Shown piece after piece: positions 55,832 through 64,000 of a DNA stretch of 64,000 nucleotides (the first letter of the stretch is position 1; every line of letters starts with the position of its first letter). Location: sequence record PX246731.1; one strand, given 5' to 3'. The DNA comes from a phage. The position numbers were made by a program, and so were the translations under genes. The notes under the pieces were generated by a model, which saw only the letters and a program-made list of their open reading frames with translations, was not told where the DNA came from and did no database searches.

Positions 55832-58800
55832 TTAGCTTAAGGGTTTTAATTCCCAACGCTTGTCGTAGTAATGTGCAAAACCACAGTAGGATACAGACAG
55901 ATGAACGATTGCATTTGTTAGGTTTGCCGTAGGCAATGCGATTCTAACAAATGTTTTACCATCTCGTACCAGTTTAGTTACTGTTATCCCGGAAAGGGAT
56001 TTATCACCAGCAATCATATTAGACCAGACTGCACCAGTGGCTACATTTTCCTGTGTGCTACCGGATAGCCCAAACAGAATACTGCCACCTGACTCAGTAC
56101 CAGCCAAACCATTTTTGTTAACTGGAATGATATCTGCACGTCCTGCAATGAAACAACCATCCGGGATTTTAGTCTCTTCCCCTACAGCACAAAGGAATAT
56201 ATCTAAAGCCCTGTTCCATGGAACCAGTACAGTAGCTTCCTTATGGTCAACACTTCTGAAGAAGGAATTACTATTAGAATGGATTGCTGACAAAGTAGTA
56301 CCCGTGTACGAGTTACGACCTTGTGCAATATCTTCTCCATATACCCTGCCCCGGTAAAGGTTGCCACGGTTATATGTAGATATTGTGTAGGAACCATCGC
56401 TAACTTTTAAAAATTCAAAATTACTGTTTAATGTAACACTACGCCCAATGTACTGGTTACTTGGGGAAGTAGAATTCTCCATTAATTTAATGACATAGTC
56501 AGAGTTAACGTAACCACTGTCAAAAATAATCCTACCAGCCTGGTACTCATTAGCAGGCAACTCAATAAAATGAGTTACACCAGTATTCATACTAGACTGA
56601 ATCCAACAAGAGACATCTCTGAACACAATTGTTGTTTGTGCAGCAGGAGAAGCTAACTGCGAGAAGTCTAATGCCACTGGACCATTTATCCCTTCAATAC
56701 CAAAGCCAGAGAACGAGAGGCTACGAATATCCCCATAGAATTTATGAGGTAAAGTACAACCATCTGCTGCAATGTTGCTGGTAGCAACATACATGACAGG
56801 TGTTCCATTATTAGCTGGCTCATACGTAGTACGGTTAATGGCAGCTCCCCACAAAAAGCCAATGTCGCAATGGTGTGCCCAAATAGATGACATATCCGTA
56901 CTAGTACTTCCACTGATACCGAATCCATAAGTACAGTCATATGCATACAAATTGGTCATAACACTGACAAAGCAAGCCATAGGTAAGGCGAACTTATAAT
57001 GGTAAAAATCTACATCATGCACATTAAATGTTTTACCACCACCACCGATGCCATTATTTTGGTCGAATGCGCTAATAATAAGAGGGCTACCCACATAAGC
57101 TGAATCAGCATTTCGGAAAGAGAGGCGACCAATAGTAATATTGTGTCCCCATCTGGTAGAGATGAATCCACCTTTACCTGATGTATAAATAATACTTTGT
57201 CTCTGACCAAGACCCATAATAGATAGAGATCTACCAGTCCAACGTGCATTACTAATATCAATCTGTGTATCACCAATATACATTGGCTGGGTAATTTTAA
57301 TATTCAACCCATTAGCTACAGCATACGAGTAAGTTGCCTGCAAAGCATCCCCATCATTATGCACACCAGACAGGTCAGCAGCCCCCATGCTTGGTGCTTT
57401 AGGGTACGGAGTTCCCTGAATGGTGTTGCCGTCGATATATGGGGCATCCATCCACGCACCAAACATAGATGGGGTAACTTCGGTGCTACCCCGTAAATCA
57501 CGTACCCAACGCTTGCCGGATGCAGTAACAATAGTCATACCATTGTCATCTGCTGATGTAACAGATGGTTTATATACAAAATACCCACCACCTAAATCGC
57601 CTGCATTGGTTGCAATCATACCGTCAGTATGGGCTTCTACGTAAATACGTTGTTCAGCATAAGTGGGTTCAATTGTTCGCAGTACTGCAATATTGGGGCA
57701 TGTACCAATCAGCTTACTACCATCAGGCTTACTCAGGTCTACCCTGAGACTAACACCAGAATTAGGAACTTCCAGCAAATCTACGGTAATGTTGCCCGGG
57801 CTGTAAGTTAACTGACCGTTAGATATGGAACTAATATAGACATTGGTCGGTAATGAAGGTAGACCATACAATTTCTGGGCAACTACGTCATAAATAATCT
57901 TCTTACCGTTCAGGTACTGAGTAGTGTTAGTACTCAAAATGACTTCAGTATCTTTAACGTTAGCAGAACGAGCCACTTCCTGAATGGTACGGTCAGACAT
58001 AATCAATGTCTCAGACTCACCACCAATCGTAACAATCAGACGGTCATTAGTTGCCAGTGGTTCAGTTAACAAAATACGCTGGTTAGCTGCATCAACGGTA
58101 TAAGAGTTTTCAGCCAGACCAGCATAGTAACGGACACCATTCTTATAGATAGCAGGTACAGACTGGAAGGTATATGGAATCTGAATTACCTGTTCACCAC
58201 CAGAAGCATAACCGCCATTATACAACCAGTTAATCTGAACCCAGTCAGTTACATTGGGGTTATCTGGAACAGCAGGAGTACCAGTCAGGAACAGATGTAC
58301 TTCATCACCTGGTTCCAATGCCTGAGCCAGGGTAACAGTTAATGTAGTCGCATCATAAGTAAAACCGTATCCAACTAAATTAGTGTAACCCCCTACTACA
58401 ATCATTGGCACACCAACGGTTCCAACAGGAACTGCAATAGTTGTTTCACCTCCTATAGCAGAACCATTGTTATAAGTGTAAGGGATGTATGGAGGCGATG
58501 TCTTACCATCAGTATCCTCACCACCACCAGAGTTAGTTGTAGCAACCAGAATCCAGGAACCAGTAGCAGCCGGGTCATCCGGAATTACACCAGTACGATC
58601 ACCATCTACATACAGATAGTCTGTAACAACTCGTTTATTAGTATTATCAAAACCATACAGTCGTGCGTAGGAGGCACTGGTAGTCATGGCCTTAAGTTCT
58701 GCCTCAGACTGTACACCAATAACCATTCCATATTGATTCAAGAAATCATACAGGAGTTTCAGGTTACCAAGGTTGCAGTACACAGTACGAACCACGTGGT

Positions 58801-58909
58801 AAGCATTGCCGAGTAGTGCATCTACCATTGGGTCATTGGAACTGTTCTGACAGTAAGGATTAGACCAATCCTTATTTGCATCAAAGGGGGTATGTGCGTT
58901 CATCGCCAT
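55832..58909 (-). CDS. tail fibre/tailspike protein (second receptor-binding protein)
   Basis: 1025 aa, Gly/Ser/Thr/Asn-rich with beta-strand repeats, adjacent to the other tailspike gene. Confidence 0.5.
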   Translation of the reverse strand: MAMNAHTPFDANKDWSNPYCQNSSNDPMVDALLGNAYHVVRTVYCNLGNLKLLYDFLNQYGMVIGVQSEAELKAMTTSASYARLYGFDNTNKRVVTDYLYVDGDRTGVIPDDPAATGSWILVATTNSGGGEDTDGKTSPPYIPYTYNNGSAIGGETTIAVPVGTVGVPMIVVGGYTNLVGYGFTYDATTLTVTLAQALEPGDEVHLFLTGTPAVPDNPNVTDWVQINWLYNGGYASGGEQVIQIPYTFQSVPAIYKNGVRYYAGLAENSYTVDAANQRILLTEPLATNDRLIVTIGGESETLIMSDRTIQEVARSANVKDTEVILSTNTTQYLNGKKIIYDVVAQKLYGLPSLPTNVYISSISNGQLTYSPGNITVDLLEVPNSGVSLRVDLSKPDGSKLIGTCPNIAVLRTIEPTYAEQRIYVEAHTDGMIATNAGDLGGGYFVYKPSVTSADDNGMTIVTASGKRWVRDLRGSTEVTPSMFGAWMDAPYIDGNTIQGTPYPKAPSMGAADLSGVHNDGDALQATYSYAVANGLNIKITQPMYIGDTQIDISNARWTGRSLSIMGLGQRQSIIYTSGKGGFISTRWGHNITIGRLSFRNADSAYVGSPLIISAFDQNNGIGGGGKTFNVHDVDFYHYKFALPMACFVSVMTNLYAYDCTYGFGISGSTSTDMSSIWAHHCDIGFLWGAAINRTTYEPANNGTPVMYVATSNIAADGCTLPHKFYGDIRSLSFSGFGIEGINGPVALDFSQLASPAAQTTIVFRDVSCWIQSSMNTGVTHFIELPANEYQAGRIIFDSGYVNSDYVIKLMENSTSPSNQYIGRSVTLNSNFEFLKVSDGSYTISTYNRGNLYRGRVYGEDIAQGRNSYTGTTLSAIHSNSNSFFRSVDHKEATVLVPWNRALDIFLCAVGEETKIPDGCFIAGRADIIPVNKNGLAGTESGGSILFGLSGSTQENVATGAVWSNMIAGDKSLSGITVTKLVRDGKTFVRIALPTANLTNAIVHLSVSYCGFAHYYDKRWELKPLS

Positions 58910-59610
58910 CCTCGTTGTTCAAATTTAGTTTCGGTAATTGAAATACTTCCATTAGCCAGGTCGTAATCAACAACCTCACCACAGATGCTTTCATACGTTT
59001 GCAGATACTCTGCTGCCTTAGCATTAGCTTCGGGAGTATTCAAACCAGTGTGGTAACGATAACCAACCCAGTTATGAAGTGCTGTCATTAGTGTGTCTGC
59101 TAAGTCAACTTCCTGTTCTTCATCACCCGTAAGTACTGGGTGCTTAGCTTGATAAGTTACGTTAAGTGCCTCGAAGTGTCGAGGCCGCATACACTGAATA
59201 GTATCAGGCCGAGGGGTGAAGATTGCATTAGGGTCTGAATCGTCGTTAAGTCTACGGCGATTTCCTGAGTTATCAAACACATTTAAGATTTTAATAACGT
59301 CATCCTGGAAAGGTTTCATGAACCCATCCATGATATATGGATATTGAATCTCAAGAGTAGGCTTAGTAAATCTGGAATAAGCATATTTGGATTGAAGGGG
59401 ATAGTCGGTGCGACCTTCCTTCATCTCCACAATACAACTATTAGTCCTAAGAGGGAAACGACTATGTAGTCGTATTAACCCTTCATTAATAGCAGCCAGT
59501 ATCTCAGGCTTGCTATCTGGTTCAATATCTAATCTGTCATCAGTGACTGCACCAGTACCCTTCAAGGTACTTAGTGCCAAGCCACGATATACTTCCGATA
59601 ATTTTTGCAT
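58900..59610 (-). CDS. virion/tail-associated protein (hypothetical)
   Basis: 236-aa ORF between the terminase and tail fibre genes; start overlaps the downstream gene. Confidence 0.4.
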   Translation of the reverse strand: MQKLSEVYRGLALSTLKGTGAVTDDRLDIEPDSKPEILAAINEGLIRLHSRFPLRTNSCIVEMKEGRTDYPLQSKYAYSRFTKPTLEIQYPYIMDGFMKPFQDDVIKILNVFDNSGNRRRLNDDSDPNAIFTPRPDTIQCMRPRHFEALNVTYQAKHPVLTGDEEQEVDLADTLMTALHNWVGYRYHTGLNTPEANAKAAEYLQTYESICGEVVDYDLANGSISITETKFEQRGWR

Positions 59611-59616
59611 GGTTCC

Positions 59617-61227
59617 TCACACAATGTATGAACGTAGAGGGTTAACACTATCTTCTTCTTCATCATCCCACATTGGGTCACCCTTGTTATCCACCATAGT
59701 CATACCTGCTTGTGGTTTCCAAGGATTGAGATAACCCAGCATGGAGATAGTATCAATACAGTCATCCTTACCTTTGATTCCATTAATGGTAGCTAGTTTA
59801 ATCTGGCCCATGAACAGACCCATAATAGTTGAATCTCTCAACTCTTCCGGGAAATACATCTTACCAGCCTTGAACCAGGGAACTACCAGGTTAAAACGTG
59901 ACAGCTTAGAGGTTACAGGACGTATACCTGGCTTACCACCCTCAGAGGATGCAAAGTTAAAGAAGACATTACGGTTAATCATTTCTTTCTGAAGGAGTGA
60001 AATGAAACCACCTTGTTGCCCTGTAATTTCGACCCCAACGTTTTGGGGTTGGTATTCTTGAACCAGACGGAATAAGTCATCAAAGTTTTTATCCATAAGC
60101 TGACGATTAGCCACACCATCAACCCAGAACCAATCTCCATTAGAACTATAAGCCCAAACTGATATGACACTGTAGTCACTGGTCTGTTTCTCCGAAGTAG
60201 CAAAGTCGGTTGTAATGTAATAGTTATAGCAAGACTTCATCCTTAACAGTTGCTGTCTGCTATACCATCTAATTTCACTATCCTGAACCAGTCTCTCATC
60301 TTCGGAGCTAATACGGAGCATAAGTTCCTGATAGAAGCCAGCCAACTTACCAGTTTTAACTGCCATGTCATATTGGGCTTTGATATAGTCGTAAGAGAAA
60401 CGGTCATCCCATGCACCCTGAAATTCTTCCCTACTACAGGGGAACTTCTCACACACAGGCCATACGTTGACATCCCATGCACCAGACTCTACTGCTTCAA
60501 TGATAATGTCTTCCTTATTAAAAGGAGTACCGTTGAAGATTACTTTACGTCGAGTTGGATCAAGAGCATGGTTCACACCTTTATAGACGGTATCCTTAAT
60601 AGCTTCCATGCTAGTCTTGGAGTTAGCATCACCATCACTAATCAAGTCATCCAGTACACATAGTGTTGGACGTTTACCATATATCTTCGTACCACGAAGA
60701 CCTGTCTTAGCACCAAACAGCTTAACACCAAGACGATGCCCTTCTACATTACGGAACTCCAGTAGGTTATCCGTAAAGGTAGCTTCAGGTATCCATTGCT
60801 GGAGGAACTCACTATTCTTGTAACGAAACTCAATGTTCTTACGTGCAGATTTAGCACCGTTATCCATTGAGTCAGATACGTAAATCATTCCTTCTACTTT
60901 ACCCAGGCTTGGTAAGTGACCAAACACTGCCAGGAACAGAGTAAAGTATTCCATGAACACAGCAGTCTTACCAGCACCACGGAAGCATAGGTTAACTACA
61001 TACTGGTTCGGACTAATCATCTTATCCAGCATCTTCAAGTGAACTGGAGGTGTTTTGTTGGATTCACCCTCTTTGCCATTAACCAACTTAATAAAGTTGG
61101 CAAAGGTAAGAGCAAACTGACTAGGAACATAGTTAGATGAATTAAGGTGTGAGTAATCCACCTGGTCCAGCCATTCATCCAGTTCCTGCTTAATTAACTC
61201 AGACATCTGTAATGTCCTCATCTGCAC
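59617..61227 (-). CDS. terminase large subunit
   Basis: Walker A-like LCFRGAGKTAV, Walker B-like LCVLDDLISD, C-terminal nuclease-like acidic motifs; 536 aa at the canonical end of the late block. Confidence 0.7.
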   Translation of the reverse strand: MQMRTLQMSELIKQELDEWLDQVDYSHLNSSNYVPSQFALTFANFIKLVNGKEGESNKTPPVHLKMLDKMISPNQYVVNLCFRGAGKTAVFMEYFTLFLAVFGHLPSLGKVEGMIYVSDSMDNGAKSARKNIEFRYKNSEFLQQWIPEATFTDNLLEFRNVEGHRLGVKLFGAKTGLRGTKIYGKRPTLCVLDDLISDGDANSKTSMEAIKDTVYKGVNHALDPTRRKVIFNGTPFNKEDIIIEAVESGAWDVNVWPVCEKFPCSREEFQGAWDDRFSYDYIKAQYDMAVKTGKLAGFYQELMLRISSEDERLVQDSEIRWYSRQQLLRMKSCYNYYITTDFATSEKQTSDYSVISVWAYSSNGDWFWVDGVANRQLMDKNFDDLFRLVQEYQPQNVGVEITGQQGGFISLLQKEMINRNVFFNFASSEGGKPGIRPVTSKLSRFNLVVPWFKAGKMYFPEELRDSTIMGLFMGQIKLATINGIKGKDDCIDTISMLGYLNPWKPQAGMTMVDNKGDPMWDDEEEDSVNPLRSYIV

Positions 61228-61888
61228 GTACTAGTTTAGAACCAGCAACCTCTTTAGTAGGTACTCCACTATTGATTGCATTAATTTGCTGTTCAGCTAA
61301 TGCAGCAAGCGTTGCCTTGAGGTCAGTTAATCCGGAGTTCTCTCTCAAGTCCAGATTGATATTCGTTACCTGGTCTTTTGGTTTAGCTAAGTGAGTAAGG
61401 ATAGAGTTAGCTGCATCACATCTTACTTTCTCACTTGCTGCTGTAGTCATCAGTTCAACCTGAACATTGATTGCCTTCTGATAATTGTCCTGGTTCACAA
61501 TCCACACTGGAACCAAACTTTGTTCCATGATGAGGTTAACTAGCTTACCTCTGTGATAAGCAGATACATAAGCACTAATATCTTTTTCACTGGTTCCTCG
61601 TGCTACAAGTTCTGCTTGTCGGTTGGGGAATGTCTTGAAGTAGGCTTCCTTGTTTGAGTAGCCCATATGTTTATAAGTCACATATTGAACTGCATTCATA
61701 TAGTCCTGTGTCTTAAACTTACCTTCCTTCATTACACCAGAGTAGGAGATAAAGTTTTCACGGAAGGACTCAGCAACCAGTTGGTCTTGGGTAATGTTGT
61801 TAATTGTATCTACTAACTCTTGGGTCACACTGTTTTTGAAGTTAGCAGGTAAGGCATTAATAATCTGCTGCTTAGTTAGTTCACTCAT
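61199..61888 (-). CDS. putative terminase small subunit / DNA-packaging protein
   Basis: 229-aa ORF immediately upstream of, and overlapping, the large terminase gene; first gene of the late block. Confidence 0.35.
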   Translation of the reverse strand: MSELTKQQIINALPANFKNSVTQELVDTINNITQDQLVAESFRENFISYSGVMKEGKFKTQDYMNAVQYVTYKHMGYSNKEAYFKTFPNRQAELVARGTSEKDISAYVSAYHRGKLVNLIMEQSLVPVWIVNQDNYQKAINVQVELMTTAASEKVRCDAANSILTHLAKPKDQVTNINLDLRENSGLTDLKATLAALAEQQINAINSGVPTKEVAGSKLVRADEDITDV

Positions 61889-62059
61889 ACTTATCTCGCT
61901 ACAAAGTTATGTCTATTAAAGAAGATTCTTTTCTTGGGGTGAGATACCCCTTGAAGAAACGATACCATACAGTTACACTTTAGTCATGATATAGAAAAAG
62001 TTCATGATACTAAATAGTATGTAATGTTCCGATGATCCTATTCCCAAAAGGAGTAACCT
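61889..62059. promoter_or_regulatory. Divergent intergenic region (candidate promoters for late minus-strand operon and right-end plus-strand genes)
   Basis: 171-bp AT-rich gap between divergent gene starts; contains hairpin ggggt-atctc-acccc and candidate sigma70-like hexamers (ttgaag, 17 nt, tacact); aaggag RBS before 62060. Confidence 0.35.
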
Positions 62060-62350
62060 TTGAGAATCTATATGAGAGTCCACGACTCTAAAGATGAATA
62101 CAAGGAGCTAGACCACACCAAAGCTGGTATTCTTTCAGATGATATTATCATTACTCATGATGAAGATACCTACCATGCATTAGCTGGGATGATGCTTTTA
62201 GAGAATCGACCTGGCATTAAAATCTTAGAACCAAGAGAAACTTACTCTTTAGAAAAACGCCCATCAGCTCTTGTGTTCTTCACAAAATTACCTCATAGTA
62301 TCTCCGTCAGGCGAAGCAAAGACAGTGTTCGGATGACGGTGACGATGTGA
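62060..62350 (+). CDS. small protein, member 1 of a tandem paralogous family
   Basis: TTG start 6 nt after aaggag RBS. Shares the motif block IIITHDEDTYHALAGMMLLEN with the four downstream ORFs. Confidence 0.4.
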   Translation: MRIYMRVHDSKDEYKELDHTKAGILSDDIIITHDEDTYHALAGMMLLENRPGIKILEPRETYSLEKRPSALVFFTKLPHSISVRRSKDSVRMTVTM

Positions 62351-62498
62351 TTAGTCATGCCGCCTAGTAGACAGTGGCGGTACTCGTAAAGAGTTAATAA
62401 CTTCTACAGTCAGGGTTGCCCGGCTCCTTTCCTACCTAGTAGGCTAACGATACACATGTATCTAGGGTGATGAACTGACCCGTGATAGAAAACGGTAA

Positions 62499-62535
62499 GG
62501 GGTAGAGTCGAGAGGCTCTACCCCATTTCTTTTTC
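62499..62535 (+). terminator. Rho-independent terminator
   Basis: Stem ggggtagag(62499-62507)/ctctacccc(62516-24), followed by atttctttttc. Confidence 0.6.
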
Positions 62536-62550
62536 AGGAGGTATGCAAAT

Positions 62551-62949
62551 ATGAGCATCTACTGTTTTGATATTGATATTACCGGAGTACTACTTAAACA
62601 GGAACCTTATTACCTTGGGGAACCAGAAGTAGTAAGTAAGTTAATTACCCCATGGCAAACAGTATTCTTACCTGACTGCGAAGAGTCCCATGAGGTTATT
62701 GGTTCTCTTTTCTTATCCAACCTGCAACTCAATACTAAGATACTTACTGAACCAAAGGTGTATGATCTTTCCTTTTACAGCGACTTTCAAATGATCTTCC
62801 CTGGTGTACGTTTCTATAAGATAGATGGTTGGGAATTGATAGCTGACCATAATGTTTTTAATAAAACACTTTCCATTTACTTCAGACCTATTCCTAAAGG
62901 AAGGAAAATCAATCATGAAATTCATAATGACCATCCCCAGTTTTGCTGA
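62551..62949 (+). CDS. small protein, member 2 of a tandem paralogous family
   Basis: Strong RBS aggagg; motif block TVFLPDCEESHEVIGSLFLSN. Confidence 0.5.
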   Translation: MSIYCFDIDITGVLLKQEPYYLGEPEVVSKLITPWQTVFLPDCEESHEVIGSLFLSNLQLNTKILTEPKVYDLSFYSDFQMIFPGVRFYKIDGWELIADHNVFNKTLSIYFRPIPKGRKINHEIHNDHPQFC

Positions 62950-63226
62950 AGAGCCTATGTATACAACTGATTTCACTTTAGAAGAAGTCATGAACAGCAA
63001 TCCTCATCAAGTAATCTTGGTTCCAACCTTAAAGGACTACCATGAAGTAAGGGGACAACTTTTCTTAGCAGGTAATGACCGTAAGGTTGTATGCATTATT
63101 CCTCCTTCTGTCTATACCAACTATAACGCTAATGACCCCATCCCATACATGATGGTATCTGATGACTACCAGTGGGAGAGTCATTATGAGAAGGGTGAGT
63201 ACCGTTACTACTATGTGAGGAAGTAA
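62915..63226 (+). CDS. small protein, member 3 of a tandem paralogous family
   Basis: ATG 62915 with aaggaagg RBS (ORF track 62852); motif block VILVPTLKDYHEVRGQLFLAGN. Confidence 0.5.
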   Translation: MKFIMTIPSFAEEPMYTTDFTLEEVMNSNPHQVILVPTLKDYHEVRGQLFLAGNDRKVVCIIPPSVYTNYNANDPIPYMMVSDDYQWESHYEKGEYRYYYVRK

Positions 63227-63229
63227 GCT

Positions 63230-63550
63230 ATGCACTTCTACTCATTAATTGCACTAAGTACAAGCTGCTATCGCAGTAAGGTAACTAAGCAAGATTTCTT
63301 AAGTGGTATACTGGATGGTGCTACCGTCTTATATGAACCAAGTGAAGAAGCTGATGAGTTTATAGGTTCCTGCCTAATGTTAGGTATACCAATTACATTC
63401 ACTAAGATAGATACATCGGTTGAAGTATCTGAGTTTGCACGGGTATACATATTCTCCTCCTGTGATCCTATGGTAGCTACTACTCTTACAGGTAGACTTA
63501 TTACTCTGTATCCTTCTTCCTCATATTTATCTAGCGACGGGAGCCTCTAA
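63230..63550 (+). CDS. small protein, member 4 of a tandem paralogous family
   Basis: RBS gaggaag; motif block TVLYEPSEEADEFIGSCLMLG. Confidence 0.5.
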   Translation: MHFYSLIALSTSCYRSKVTKQDFLSGILDGATVLYEPSEEADEFIGSCLMLGIPITFTKIDTSVEVSEFARVYIFSSCDPMVATTLTGRLITLYPSSSYLSSDGSL

Positions 63551-63593
63551 TGAAACTAAACACATCCCCCTATCCAGTACAAGGTGCAGAATC

Positions 63594-63932
63594 ATGAACG
63601 TTAAACTCTTAGGTATGCGTGGTACAGACTTACTGCACTATTCTTCTGAACCAGAGAAAGCAATCATCCACCTTATGTCCTTTGGGGATTCCACACTAAT
63701 AATGGAACCAGGAGAGTTAGCAGACTTTGCACAAGGACATAAGATTCTTACTAACAGCAATGCAAAGATAGTTATCTTGCAAAATGGTGAGTCAGCCTTC
63801 ATCTTATTAGGTGATTATGCTCATGTGTTTATCAAAGATGCTGCCGTAAGACATAGTAGTGGTAACCCTAACCATCCTGACTATTACTCTGGTATAGCTC
63901 GTATCATCACCCGAAAGCTCCCTCCTATTTAA
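63594..63932 (+). CDS. small protein, member 5 of a tandem paralogous family
   Basis: Motif block TLIMEPGELADFAQGHKILTN; last gene before the window end. Confidence 0.45.
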   Translation: MNVKLLGMRGTDLLHYSSEPEKAIIHLMSFGDSTLIMEPGELADFAQGHKILTNSNAKIVILQNGESAFILLGDYAHVFIKDAAVRHSSGNPNHPDYYSGIARIITRKLPPI

Positions 63933-64000
63933 CTGCTTATAAGTAAGATAGCTATCATATTTTTGCATATGAGAAGTAGCATAGTTATGTATAGCTACAG

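Noticed and set aside
1-64000. CRISPR arrays, integrase/repressor lysogeny module, reverse transcriptase or other retroelement
   Set aside because: No regularly spaced direct repeats, and no tyrosine/serine recombinase-like or RT-like ORF seen; genome content is consistent with a strictly lytic N4-like phage.

Overview
This window reads as a large segment of an N4-like (Schitoviridae-type) virulent podophage genome. Positions 1-26600 carry plus-strand early/middle genes: a MoxR-like AAA ATPase split by two group I introns (each with an HNH homing endonuclease), a VWA/HExxH partner protein, nucleotide metabolism genes (dCTP deaminase-like, ThyX-like), rIIA/rIIB-like proteins, an SF1 helicase, a family A DNA polymerase, a putative primase, SSB and a RuvC-like resolvase. 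A hairpin-rich non-coding stretch with tRNA-like elements follows (about 26600-27660). Positions 28468-61888 carry a minus-strand late block: a 3601-aa virion RNA polymerase, virion proteins, major capsid, scaffold, portal, a lysis cassette (holin-like, GH108 endolysin, Rz with embedded Rz1), two tailspike/fibre proteins and the large terminase. The right end (62060-63932) holds five tandem paralogous small plus-strand genes. No integrase or lysogeny module was seen. All calls rest on motif reading, ORF architecture and synteny with phage N4; no database search was run, and most start codons are approximate.
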